Under the pieces are notes generated by a model. It saw nothing but the letters and a program-made list of their open reading frames with translations. It had not been told where the DNA came from and did no database searches. The translations under genes were made by a program, and so were the position numbers. Positions 26,801 through 39,463 of a stretch of 64,000 nucleotides of DNA are shown one piece after another (within the stretch, counting starts at the first letter, position 1; the number at the start of each line of letters is the position of its first letter). This DNA comes from Nemertoderma westbladi (taxonomy: Eukaryota; Animalia; Xenacoelomorpha): the NCBI GenBank assembly GCA_032718475.1, contig JAUCBJ010008363.1, positions 186,001-250,000 of the forward strand. Reading direction: 5' to 3'.

Positions 26801-27079
26801 ATAGACGACAAGAAAACTAAACTCAAACAAATAGATTTCTGGCGTGCAGTGGTGCCATCACTGATTAGGGTGACCCAAAGGGGTGGCGAAAGCCCGTACT
26901 TGAATCGCGTGCCCCACAGTGTCCCTCAGAATGTTCGGTTTGACCATATAGGTCATTCTAGGGTATCTGGTCCAGTTCGTAAGAGTCGGTTGTGCATGGT
27001 GAGCTGTAGGTTGCAGTGTGTAAAGTGTGGAATCCCTCTCCATGGCGGTTGCTTCGATCAATACCATGGTTGGTTGTAG
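23881..27079 (+). CDS. piggyBac transposase, 4 exons (23881-24426, 25023-25214, 25481-25845, 26173-27079), 669 aa
   Basis: GT-AG introns join in frame (546+192+365+907=2010 nt). Catalytic DDD motifs SIDESM, YFDNFF, MGGVDLLD; KGKPYR|FGFK is rebuilt across intron 3; C-terminal Cys/His-rich domain. Confidence 0.88.
24861..24967 (+). mobile_element. 107-bp 3' end of an RTE-like LINE in transposase intron 1
   Basis: TSD GGTATGC (24854-24860 and 24968-24974); reads MGDRELWRRNFVDKPAQHS* (DRxxWR is typical of RTE C-termini), then a short UTR and (TAG)n tail. Confidence 0.75.
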
Positions 27080-30000
27080 ATATATTGTATTGGAATATGG
27101 TATTCTATCATTATTTGAAATATTTCATATTTCATTTTACTTATCTCATTTCTTATTTCATTTCATATAACTCTTATCAATGGAATGGGTCTTTGTATTT
27201 TTTGTTATAGCTATACGTTTATACTATGATTTTTGATGTTTGAAAGATTATATTTACTTTCTATTTGCGCAGTGAATGCACTATCCTAATCTCATAAAAT
27301 TAATATTTGAAATATCGGGCGAGGGGGGGGGGGGGGGGGGGGGGGCACTACAAGCACTACATTGAAATTGTTAACTCAATAATTTTAAATTAAAAACTTT
27401 TTTTAACATTTGCTTATGCTTATACTCCATTCTACACCCACCAAAGTAGTTATTAACATCAACAATATTGCAATAAGTGTATCATTTACAAACAAATTGG
27501 TGTTATTTTTATTAATATATAAATACCTCCATAGCGCCCAAGTACTACATTTGTACCCTACCTAATAAATCGAGATTGGTTAAAGTTTTGATACTGTTGT
27601 TGAAACTACGTTTAAGTTAGACCATTTGGACTTAGTTCTGAAAATATGAATGAATTACCTCGAGTTTTTCGATGTCTGGGTTTTGCTGGGTTAACGGGGA
27701 AATAGGCTACTTATCTCTTTACTCTTAGAGCCTCAAAAAGCGGGTGTTCCGACGCAATCAAAATTCATCCATCTCCAGGGGAAAGACGAAGCAAAGAACA
27801 GCTGATTACTTCTATAAATGTAAGTGTTACCTGCTCTTTTGACTTTCATTTAAGATTGTCTATCTCTTGGAGTGGGTTAGAAGTCATGAATATGAAAATC
27901 GATGTCGTTTTTTGTAAAAAATCAGAGGAGATTTTAATAAATTATTGCTGAAAAACACCAATTATTTTGACAAGGATTTAATACTCATTATATTCATAAA
28001 CTAGCTGAGATATTTGAGGTGAATTATTGCATTACATATTAACTTTGGCTCCAGCCGCTTTGGCAATACGATGAAACTATAATAAATATTCTAGAACACA
28101 ACAATATTAACAGGAAGATAGGCTACTTATCTCTCCACTCAGACAGCCACAGGTAGGGAGGGGTGTTTTGACACAATCAAAATTTAACCATCTCCAGGGG
28201 AAAGACGAAGCAAATAACAGCTGATTACTTCTATAAATGTAAGTGTTACCTGTTCTTTTGACTTTCGTTTAAGATTGTCTATCTCGTGGAGTGGGTTAGA
28301 AGTTATAAATATGAAAATCGATGTCGTTTTTTGTAAAAAATCTGAGAATATTTTGATAAATTATTGCTGAAAGCCCAAGGATTTTGACATGGCTTTAATA
28401 CTTCATTATGTTCATGAAATAGCTGAGAAATTTGAGGTCAGTTATTGTAATACATATTATCTTCGGCTCCAGCCGCTTTGGCAATACGATGAAACTATAA
28501 TAAATATTCTAGAACACAACAATATTAACAGGGAGATAGGCTACTTATCTCTTCACTCTTGAGAGCCTCAAAAACGGGGTGTTCCGACGCAATCAAATTT
28601 CATCCATCTCCAGGGGAAAGGCGAAGCAAAGAACAGCTGATTACTTCTATAAATGTAAGTGTTACCTGCTCTTTTGACTTTCATTTAAGATTGTCTATCT
28701 CTTGGAGTGGGTTAGAAGTCATGAATATGAAAATCGACGTCGTTTTTTGTAAAAAATCAGAGGAGATTTTAATAAATTATTGCTGAAAAACACCAAGGAT
28801 TTTGACAAGGATTTAATACTCATTATATTCATGAACTAGCTGTGATATTTGAGGTGAATTATTGCATTACATATTAACTTTGGCTCCAGCCGCTTTGGCA
28901 ATACGATGAAACTATAATAAATATTCTAGAACACAACAATATTAACAGGGAGATAGGCTACTTTAATTATCTCTCCACTCTGAGAGCCTCAGAAAGGGGG
29001 TGTTCCGACGCAATCAAAATTCATCCATCTCCTGGGGAAAGACGAAGCAAATAACAGCTGAATACTTCTATAAATGTAAGTTTTACCTGTTCTTATGACT
29101 TTCGTTTAAGATTCTCTATCTCGTGGAGTGGGTTAGAAGATATAAATATGAAAAACGATGTCGTTTTTTGTAAAAAATCTGAGGATATTTTGATAAATTA
29201 TTGCTGAAAGCCCAAGGATTTTGACATGGCTTTAATACTTCATTATGTTCATGAAAAAACGTAGATATTTGAGGTGAATTATTGCATTACATAATAACTT
29301 TAACTCCAGCCACATTAGCAATACGATGAAACTATAATAAATATTCTACAACAGAACAATATTAACGGGGAAATAGGCTACTTATTTCTTTACTCTTAGA
29401 GCCTCAAAAAGGGGGTGTTCCGACGCAATCAAAATTCATCCATCTCCAGGGGAAAGACGAAGCAAAGAACAGCTGATTACTTCTATAAATGTAAGTGTTA
29501 CCTGCTCTTTTGACTTTCATTTAAGATTGTCTATCTCTTGGAGTGGGTTAGAAGTCATGAATATGAAAATCGATGTTGTTTTTTGTAAAAAATCAGAGGA
29601 GATTTTAATAAATTATTGCTGAAAAACACCAATTATTTTGACAAGGATTTAATACTCATTATATTCATAAACTAGCTGAGATATTTGAGGTGAATTATTG
29701 CATTACATATTAACTTTGGCTCCAGCCGCTTTGGCAATACGATGAAACTATAATAAATATTCTAGAACACAACAATATTAACAGGAAGATAGGCTACTTA
29801 TCTCTCCACTCAGACAGCCACAGGTAGGGAGGGGTGTTTTGACACAATCAAAATTTAACCATCTCCAGGGGAAAGACGAAGCAAATAACAGCTGATTACT
29901 TCTATAAATGTAAGTGTTACCTGTTCTTTTGACTTTCGTTTAAGATTGTCTATCTCGTGGAGTGGGTTAGAAGTTATAAATATGAAAATCGATGTCGTTT

Positions 30001-32127
30001 TTTGTAAAAAATCTGAGAATATTTTGATAAATTATTGCTGAAAGCCCAAGGATTTTGACATGGCTTTAATACTTCATTATGTTCATGAAATAGCTGAGAA
30101 ATTTTAGGTCAGTTATTGTAATACATATTATCTTCGGCTCCAGCCGCTTTGGCAATACGATGAAACTATAATAAATATTCTAGAACACAACAATATTAAC
30201 AGGGAGATAGCCTAATTATATCTTCACTCTGAGAGCCTCAAAAAGGGGGTGTTCCGACGCAATCAAATTTCATCCATCTCCTGGGGAAAGACGAAGCAAG
30301 TAACAGCTGATTACTTCTATAAATGTAAGTTTTACCTGTTCTTATGACTTTCGTTTAAGATTATCTATCTCGTGGAGTGGGTTAGAAGATATAAATATGA
30401 AAATCAATGTCGTTTTTTGTAAAAAATCTGAGGATATTTTGATAAATTATTGCTGAAAGCCCAAGGATTTTGACATGGCTTTAATACTTCATTATGTTCA
30501 TGAAAAAACTTAGATATTTGAGGTGAATTATTGCATTACATAATAACTCCAGCCACATTAGCAATACGATGAAACTATAATAAATATTCTACAACAGAAC
30601 AATATTAACGGGGAAATAGGCTACTTATCTCTTTACTCTTAGAGCCTCAAAAAGCGGGTGTTCCGACGCAATCAAAATTCATCCATCTCCAGGGGAAAGA
30701 CGAAGCCAAGAACAGCTGATTACTTCTATAAATGTAAGTGTTACCTGCTCTTTTGACTTTCATTTAAGATTGTCTATCTCTTGGAGTGGGTTAGAAGTCA
30801 TGAATATGAAAATCGATGTCGTTTTTTGTAAAAAATCAGAGGAGATTTTAATAAATTATTGCTGAAAAACACCAATTATTTTGACAAGGATTTAATACTC
30901 ATTATATTCATAAACTAGCTGAGATATTTGAGGTGAATTATTGCATTACATATTAACTTTGGCTCCAGCCGCTTTGGCAATACGATGAAACTATAATAAA
31001 TATTCTAGAACACAACAATATTAACAGGAAGATAGGCTACTTATCTCTCCACTCAGACAGCCACAGGTAGGGAGGGGTGTTTTGACACAATCAAAATTTA
31101 ACCATCTCCAGGGGAAAGACGAAGCAAATAACAGCTGATTACTTCTATAAATGTAAGTGTTACCTGTTCTTTTGACTTTCGTTTAAGATTGTCTAACTCG
31201 TGGAGTGGGTTAGAAGTTATAAATATGAAAATCGATGTCATTTTTTGTAAAAAATCTGAGAATATTTTGATAAATTATTGCTGAAAGCCCAAGGATTTTG
31301 ACATGGCTTTAATACTTCATTATGTTCATGAAATAGCTGAGAAATTTGAGGTCAGTTATTGTAATACATATTATCTTCGGCTCCAGCCGCTTTGGCAATA
31401 CGATGAAACTATAATAAATATTCTAGAACACAACAATATTAACAGGGAGATAGGCTACTTATCTCTTCACTCTGAGAGCCTCAACAACGGGGTGTTCCGA
31501 CGCAATTAAATTTCATCCATCTCCAGGGGAAAGGCGAAGCAAAGAACAGCTGATTACTTCTATAAATGGAAGTGTTACCTGTTCTTTTGACTTTCATTTA
31601 AGATTCGCTATCTCATGGAGTGGGTTAGAAGTTATAAATATGAAAATCGATGTGGTTTTTGAAAAAAATCAAAGGATATTATGATTAATTATTGCTTAAA
31701 AACCCCAAGGATTTTGACATGGCTTTAATACTCATTATATTCATGAAATAGCTGAGAAATTTGAGGTGAGTTATTGTATTACATATTATCTTCGGCTCCA
31801 GCCGCTTTGGCAATACGATGAAACTATAATAAATATTCTAGAAGACAACAATATTAACAGGGAGATAGGCTGCTTTGCTTATATCTTCACTCTGAGAGCC
31901 TCAAAAAGGGGGTGTTCCGACGCAATCAAAATTCATCCATCTCCTGGGGAAAGGCGAAGCAAAGAACAGCTGATTACTTCTATAAATGTAAGTTTTACCT
32001 GTTCTTATGACTTTCGTTTAAGATTATCTATCTCGTGGAGTGGGTTAGAAGATATAAATATGAAAATCGATGTCGTTTTTTGTAAAAAATCTGAGGATAT
32101 TTTGATAAATTATTGCTGAAAGCCCAA

Positions 32128-33772
32128 GGATGAATTTTGATTGCGTTTGAGGCTCTCAGAGTGAAGATATAAGTAGCCTATCTCCCTGTTAATATTGTTG
32201 TGTTCTAGAATATGTATTATAGTTTCATTGTATTGCCAAAGCGGCTGGAGCCGAACTTAATATGTGATACAATAATTCACCTCAAATTTCTCAGCTATTT
32301 CATGAATATAATGAGTATTAAAGCCATGTCAAAATCCTTGGTGTTTTTCAGCAATAATTTATTAAAATCTCCTCTGATTTTTTACAAAAAACGACATCGA
32401 TTTTTATATTCATGACTTCTAACCCACTCCAAGTGATAGACAATCTTAAATGGAAGTCAAAAGAGCAGGTAACACGTACATTTATAGAAGTAATCAGCTG
32501 TTCTTTGCTTCGTCTTTCCCCTGGAGATGGATTCATTTTGATTGTGTCAGAACACCCCCTTTTTGAGGCTCTCAGAGTGAAGAGATAAGTAGCATATCTC
32601 CCTGTTAATATTGTTGTGTTCTAGAATATTTATTATAGTTTCATCGTATTGCCAAAGAGACTGGAGCTGAAGTTAATATATAATGCAACAATTCACCTCA
32701 AGTATCTCAGCTATTTCATGAACATAATGAAGCAAAAGCCATGTCAAAATCCTTGGTGTTTTTCAGCAATAATTAATCAAAATATCCTAAGATTTTTTAC
32801 AAAAAACGACATCGATTTTCATATTCATAACTTCTAACCCACTCCACAAGATAGAGAATCTTAAATGAAAGTCAAAAAAACAGTTAACACTTACATTTAT
32901 AGAAGTAATTAGCTGTTATTTGCTAGGTCTTTCTGCTGGAGATGGATGAATTTTGATTGCGTTGGAACACCCCCTTTCTGAGGCTGTCAGAGTGAAGAGA
33001 TAAGTAGCCTATCTCCCTGTTAATATTGTTGTGTTCTGGAAAATTTATTATAGTTTCATCATATTGCCAAAGAGACTGGAGCTGAAGTTAATATATAATG
33101 CAACAATTCACCTCAAGTATCTCAGCTATCATGAACATAATGAAGCAATAGCCCTGTCAAAATCCTTGGTGTTTTTCAGCAATAATTAATCAAAATATCT
33201 TTTGATTTTTTTCAAAAACCACATAGATTTTCATATTTATAACTTCTAACCCACACCATGAGATAGCGAATCTTAAATGAAAGTCAAAAGAACAGGTAAC
33301 ACTTACATTTATAGAAGTAATCAGCTGTTATTTGCTACGTCTTTCTGCTGGAGATGGATAAAATTTGATTGCGTCAGAACACACCGTTTTTGAGGCTCTC
33401 AGAGTGAAGAGATAAGTAGCCTATCTCCCTGTTAATATTGTTGTGTTCTAGAATATTTATTATAGTTTTAGCGTATTACCAAGGCGGCTGGAGCCAAAGT
33501 TAATATGTAATACCATTACTCACCTCAAATTTCTCAGCTATTTCATGAACATAATGAAGTATTAAAGCCATGTCAAAATCCTTGGTGTTTTTCTGCAATA
33601 ATTTATCAAAATATCCTCAGATTTTTTACAAAAAACGACATCGATTTTAATATTCATGACTTCTAACCCACTCCACATTATAAAGAATCTTAAATAAAAG
33701 TCAAAAGAGCAGACAATATTTACATTTATAGAAGTTATCAGCTGTTCTTTGCTTCGTCTTTCCCCTGGAGAT
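32128..33772 (-). repeat. Satellite, inverted orientation (~4 monomers)
   Basis: Reverse complement of the left-arm monomer from GGATGAATTTTGATTGCG onward. Confidence 0.95.
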
Positions 33773-34015
33773 TGTCTTGACATTTATATGACCTAAGTCC
33801 CAAGTATTGTAAGCAGTAGTGTTAGTCAGTATGTGTTACCGGTAGTGCAGTAGTGTTAGACGGACCAGTCAGTAGTGTCTTTTTTATAGTTAGAACTGAA
33901 ATTGTCAGACAAAATGAGTATCAAGAATACTGGAATACATAATGCAGTAATGTCATATCGGCATATTATTATTTCATATTATATTGTCCGCAATTGAATG
34001 AGTGAATCCAAAACA
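33773..34015 (+). repeat. 5' LTR (243 bp)
   Basis: TGTCTTGA...CCAAAACA; direct repeat of 42493-42735 with two mismatches by eye. Confidence 0.96.
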
Positions 34016-34033
34016 TGGTAGCAGAGCGTGGTT
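34016..34033 (+). promoter_or_regulatory. Primer-binding site, tRNA-iMet type
   Basis: TGGTAGCAGAGCGTGGTT directly after the LTR, complementary to the 3' end of eukaryotic initiator tRNA-Met (...CTCTGCTACCA). Confidence 0.88.
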
Positions 34034-34735
34034 GCGCTGTTCGAGCGTCAACAAACTGAAAACACTGATTTCCAATAGGCCTACCGATACCGCTGTACCG
34101 GTACGGTATAATCTGATAACAGCTTAGACTAAATGAATAACCTTCCACCGATACCGGTACTGATGCTAATGAAAGGGATCAACAATAAAATAGCTAGGCC
34201 TACAGCCCAGCCTACTTAATTAAAGGCCCTACAGGCCTACCTATACTGCTATATGCGCTACGTATTCCTTATACTGAATCGGGATCAATTAAACTTGGCG
34301 AATCCTGGAATATAAAAGGAACGAACCACGCCACATACAAACAGTAACAGATATAAGGATCTGGAATGCCATACAGACGTAAAGATTGTCCACAGCTATC
34401 GGCTGACAGGTAGAATTTGATGATTTGGTGAGTGCATAATTAAAACTTAACTATTCGTAATAATAGGCCTACTGCATCCATCATTGTTTGATTGAATTAA
34501 AGCAGTCAAAGATGCATTAACTTGGACTGCCCATATATGTATATTGTATATATCCTCTTTATAATGTTGGATACCAGTACTACAACTGTACAATGAGTGT
34601 ATACCTAATAGTCCTACACCAACAGACCAATGTTAAATAATAATATAATTATTAAACAGAATAATAACAGGCCATTAGTAATGCCTGAAGTCAATGCTGA
34701 AATTTGTTAAATAATAATCAAACAGGCCTGCAGAA

Positions 34736-36095
34736 ATGCCTGGAACCGGGACAAATAAATTGCGGTTGAAGAGAGAAGCTGTAAGGACCAATATAAAGAA
34801 GTTATTTAAAATAGTTGATGAATTAATGAGTGATGGAAATGAAATAAATTAAGAAGATGCTGAAATAACTAAAAATAAACTTAAATTATATGGTCAAGAT
34901 TTAGATACCCTTAATGAACAAATTTTAAATTTATTGCCTGACGATGAAGGGGATGCCGTGAATAATGAAATTAGTACAGTATCACTATTTAATGATCAAA
35001 TAATGAATTCTTCATCTCGTCTAATTGTGAGAATACAACGTATCAATGAATACCGAAATGAAGTCAAAGCACAAACAGGCCTACAAGCAAACCTTGAAGA
35101 GGCAACAATGAATATGAGTAATGTGCAAGTTAATGAAGGTGGGGGCATCAGTGCAATTCACTATGCCGGAAGCAGAGTAAAGGTTAATCTGCCAAAATTG
35201 GATATAGAACGTTTTTCAGGAAATGTATTAAAATGGGGTGAATTTTGGGATTCATTTGAAGCAGCTATTGATAGTAAAAATGAGTTGAAACCAGTTGAGA
35301 AATTTAATTACTTGCGTGTAAAGTTAGACGGTGAAGCCAAAAGGGCAATTTCAGGATTGCAATTGACTAATGAAAATTATAATGTAGCTGTAGAACTGTT
35401 AAAAGAAAGATTTGGGGAAACGCAAACCTTAATTGATTGCATATAAATACTGAATTAATGAATTTGGCTGTTTCTAGGAATGAAACAAGCTGATTGCGTC
35501 TCGCATATGATTCAATAGAAAAGAATCTTAGAAGCCTAGAAGGGTTAGGTGAAAACATCTCTCAACCAATTTTTGTATCAATGATTTATTCGAAATTACC
35601 AATGGAAGTAAAAGTACAATTAGAGTACTTTAAAGATCCAAGTGAAAAATGGGAAGTAAGTACCTTATGCAATAACCTCAAGCGATACATTGCTTCTCGA
35701 GAAGCAGCTGAAAGACGCGATTCATTAACTGAAAGGACTTCCGGAGATATTCATAATAAGAATAACCATGAAACATCGTATAATAAAAATACCAATAAAG
35801 GTTGGTCAGGACCAAATAACTATAAGCAATATGAACCCACTAGCCATGCATTAACAGTTGCTGGTAAACGATCCTTTGGTGAAAATAGATCATGTGTGTA
35901 TTGCTCAGGAAATTATTGGAATGATGAATGCCACAAATATCCCGATGTCGCATCCCGAAAAAAACAATTGCAGTTGAGCAACAAATGTAACATTTGTTTA
36001 AAGGAGAGTCATTCTACTAGATATTGCACATATAATTATACTTGTACTCACTGTGGAAGAACAAAAAACCATCATAGAAGCTTATGTTATAAAAA
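34736..36095 (+). pseudogene. gag: BEL/Pao gag, disrupted
   Basis: ATG at 34736, in-frame TAA at 34850, further breaks at ~35446-35493; LPKLDIERFSGNVLKWGEFWDSF (DUF1759-like); knuckles CVYC, CNICLKESH, CTHCG..HHRSLC. Confidence 0.9.
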
Positions 36096-36104
36096 ACCGA
36101 GAAA

Positions 36105-36874
36105 ACCGAAAAAGCGGAGGGCTTGTGATCAAACGACACGACGAGGTTCGCGAAGTCTTTGGCCAGCTAATGGCTGAGGTTGTTGGTCCTTCCTGTGTGG
36201 AGCGAGAAGTGACACTCTCCCGGGGTCATACCGATCGTGAGGGCCTTGAAGTTGGAGGTGTTCGGGCAGATCTGGTGGCTCGGGGTATCTGGTCAAACCA
36301 ACGTGTGGCGTCTTTTGATGTTGCGTTAATTAACGCTGACGCCACATCATATACACAGACCAACCGGTCCACCACGTCAATCCTTGAAGCTCGCTGCCAT
36401 GTAAAGAAGGAACACTACCGCTCGATCTGCGAAGCCCGACGGATGGAATTCACCCCCCTTGTCGGAACAACAGATGGGGTCTGGTGCGATGAGATGCAGA
36501 TTCTGATCCGTCACCTCGCTGAGTCACTGGTTAGCAGGAGAGAAGAAATGCGAGAGAGAGGACTAGGATGCATCCTCGGAGGAATTCGCCGCCGGCTCCA
36601 GTTTGCGTTGGTGCGGTCTAGCTCCCTATGCATCCGGGGTGGACGACGCAGTTGGCGGGGCTTGGGGTTTGGTGATGGTGCGGGGATCAGAGGCCCAGAC
36701 CTCTCTGAGCGTGGCTAAGATCATCGAAACGGTATCTAACGGAGTAACCAATGGGACGACAGCGGAAGATAAACTCGCTGCCATTAACAAACTAAAGGAG
36801 ACCCTGATGAGTGCTGACGAGACCGCATAGAAACTGAGAGTGAACGACTTAGATCCCATGTAACATAACATAAC
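36105..36874 (+). mobile_element. 3' fragment of a CRE-like non-LTR retrotransposon (restriction-like endonuclease domain)
   Basis: GG...RHDEVRE...RADL..RG.W...FDV...KK..Y...FTPLV..G..R.RLQFAL.R...CIRG matches the RHD/PD-D-xK C-terminus of CRE-clade elements; abrupt GC rise; (TAACA)n tail at 36861-36874. Confidence 0.75.
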
Positions 36875-39459
36875 TTTTGTTCAGTAATCATCATTTTGTG
36901 CTTCGATATTTAATAATTATTTTCATAATTTAGTAACAATTCTTATGCAATGTAACCTGTAATATAAAATAATCCAATAATAATTTTAATAATTTACCCC
37001 ACAATATTTATTACTATTAGGTCTATTTATTCAAGAAATTATATGTTTTTATAATATACTTTGGAAAATTAGTCGACTGATTTAGTCGAGGTGATTATAT
37101 CTGATATTTTCGCCATTCTGTTCGCAAATTCGGCGGTGCAATATCCATGCATTGACTATAACTAGATCTATCAGGTGAAAAAAGACTCTCATGTAGTACT
37201 TTCTTGATCTAATTCGACAACGATACAACCCTATAAGGGAATCCAGAAGGTCTACCCCTCCCATGTGCTGGTTGTACTCCCTAACCACAGCAGGGCTCGA
37301 TATATCTATCTTCTGTCTCTCTGATTTGCTCCATCGTTGAACAGTAGTGGCGGGTTTTACACCAACAAAAGATGAGATAAAATGAACAATTTTATTATCC
37401 TTCCACTTAACACAACTAATAGTCTCGCCATCGACATCACATACTTTCTCCTCATAAGTTCCCCGAAGTTTCATTTCATCTTTCATTATACAGCCCTTTA
37501 AACGATCGCTTCGAACGGTTCCAAGACAAAGTATTCCTCTCTTAGCTAAGGTCTGTACTAAGGTTATACTGGAGAACCAATTATCAAAGTACACCTGATG
37601 GTTGACGTTATGATTAATAGAACGACAGAGACAAATTACTACATTTCCACTGGCTCCAATGTCCTCCTCAGGTATCATCTCAACTTTACCTGCACTGAAT
37701 TCGAGTTCATATGCAAATCCAGAAGTGCCGCATAACATGTACATAACATAACCCCATTTATGAGGCTTCTTGGGATTGTAGCGTTTTAATTGACTCTTCC
37801 CCTTAAAAGGGATGACTTGTTCATCAACCGACAGTTTGTGCTCTTTAGGTACCTTTGCAAATTCGTTACGAACTCTCTCCAACACTGGGCGTATTTTAAA
37901 TAATGGATCTAAGTTTGAATAGTTAATAACTGAGTTGTCATTAAAGTGTAGGTTCTGCTTTATATTTTCCCAACATTTCAACGTCATTATATCAGCTATT
38001 GCGTTTATACGAATCTGTGGTGACCAATATCATCTAATATTTGGAACACGGATTATCGACATTATAATACAAGTTCCAATGAACTGCTCCATTTCTTCCA
38101 CTTTCACATTTAACGGTTTTGTTTGTTTGCCGCTCAAGTTAGAACAACTCTTCTGTACAGAAAACAAATTGCTCTGCTCTGTAATATGTTCAATGAGATC
38201 TGGAGGGAAGAACTTAAGGAAGAGTTTTGTGGGAGTATCAAGAACCAAATACTCATCTCCTAATTTAGAATCACCTTTGAACATCTTGTCTTCTTCAGAC
38301 CTTTCAAGAGACCCTGATCTCCAATTAATCGTTGTCTTTGCTTTCTTAGAAGAAGGTTGTGATGCTTCTTGATTACAATCCGGCTGGTTACTGTTCAGAG
38401 ATAATTGGTTATTGATTGACACCGATTGGTCTTCCTGTAAGACAGCAGATGGATGCGCATTTGTCTTCGATTTTGACCTTGTTTTTTCAACATGTATATG
38501 CTTTTTGTGCGATGTTGAAGCTGATAATGAAATTCTTGGACATCTAGTATGTTTAGGATAAGCTTTAATCAATGGGCGTGGCGATTCTGGAGTAGGAACA
38601 ATTGGTCTAGATTGTGGTATCTCAGGTTCACTATCTGCATAATCTACGAAATCTACAGTTATAAGGCCTGCAGACTCTAGTACGGAAATGATTTCTTCAT
38701 CAGTATGAACAATTTTAGGCTGGGGCTGTTCAGTGGTTCCGATAGGCCTACCGGTACTGTCCTCATCATCAACCAACATCTCAGGATTACTGATGTTGTC
38801 TTCAGAGTTTACACTTCATCTTCCTCCCCCGACTCAAGTTCGCTGTCGCTTGAATCCGAGGGTAAGTTCCGGCGAGATATCTGATATAATTTTTTGGTTG
38901 ATATTTCCATTGTGGGTGGAGTTTGACACAAAGAGCAGTATAATAAAAGTTTTACGATGAAGGTACACAAAAATGTAAAAGGAACCGGAGGTTTTATCCT
39001 TAAATATATATCTGACATTCAGATAAGATCACTATAAACGCAGTGTACCATATATGATACGTAGTTCCTACACGCAGTGTATCATATATGATACATTCAT
39101 ATTATTAACAATTTGATTATGAAAATTATAATTTTACATGTTTTTGGTGTCACCAGACTCTTCCTTGTTAATTTTGGCACATAAATCATATTTTTTCTAT
39201 TACTGTGCATTACATGAACACTAAATGAGTTTAATCAAACAGAGCTGATTTTCAAGTTGTATGAGTTTTAGAATATGAGTAACTCAAACACTTTCCTGAT
39301 GTGATCACTAGATGGAGCTATGTTTTACTGTATAAAAATGGATTGTCCAATTATCAGAGAGTCCTCTACAAGAAACAATAGTGAGTGAGTGGCCAATGGG
39401 ATGGTTTTATAGCCTCATAAATGGTTTGTATCATATATGTATGTAAATGTGGTAGAGGG
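36875..39459 (-). mobile_element. piggyBac transposon, one end deleted
   Basis: Terminus CCCTCTACCAC (minus strand) next to TTAA at 39460-39463; subterminal TGTATCATATATGATAC-like repeats at ~39045, 39077, 39427; no second TIR found. Confidence 0.85.
37082..38920 (-). pseudogene. piggyBac transposase pseudogene
   Basis: SVDEQV, YFDNWF, MGGVDLLD and YNPKKPHKWG motifs; in-frame TGA at 38030-38032; frameshift near 38800; Cys-rich C-terminus missing. Confidence 0.9.
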
Positions 39460-39463
39460 TTAA

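Larger units (their letters stand above)
22839..27690 (+). mobile_element. piggyBac DNA transposon, full length (4852 bp)
   Basis: TTAA TSD at 22835-22838 and 27691-27694; imperfect TIRs CCCAGCAACGCCCA / CCCAGCAAAACCCA; internal transposase; satellite continuous across the site. Confidence 0.95.
8405..32131 (+). repeat. Satellite array, ~416-bp monomer, left arm (~38 monomers, interrupted by TEs)
   Basis: ATATGAAAATCGATGTCG..., CAATACGATGAAACTATAATAAATATTCT and AACAGCTGATTACTTCTATAAATGTAAG recur every ~413-418 bp (e.g. ORF echoes at 14839 and 15255 are 416 apart). Confidence 0.97.

Noticed and set aside
25305-27345. Poly-G runs at ~25305-25321 and ~27323-27345 as functional G-quadruplexes
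   Set aside because: Simple homopolymers of uncertain length in intron and 3' region; no further support.
8405-32131. Satellite monomer as a repeated exon (GTAAGT, TTAACAG, TTTTTCAG motifs)
   Set aside because: The donor/acceptor pairs I tried give phase mismatches or in-frame stops on both strands.
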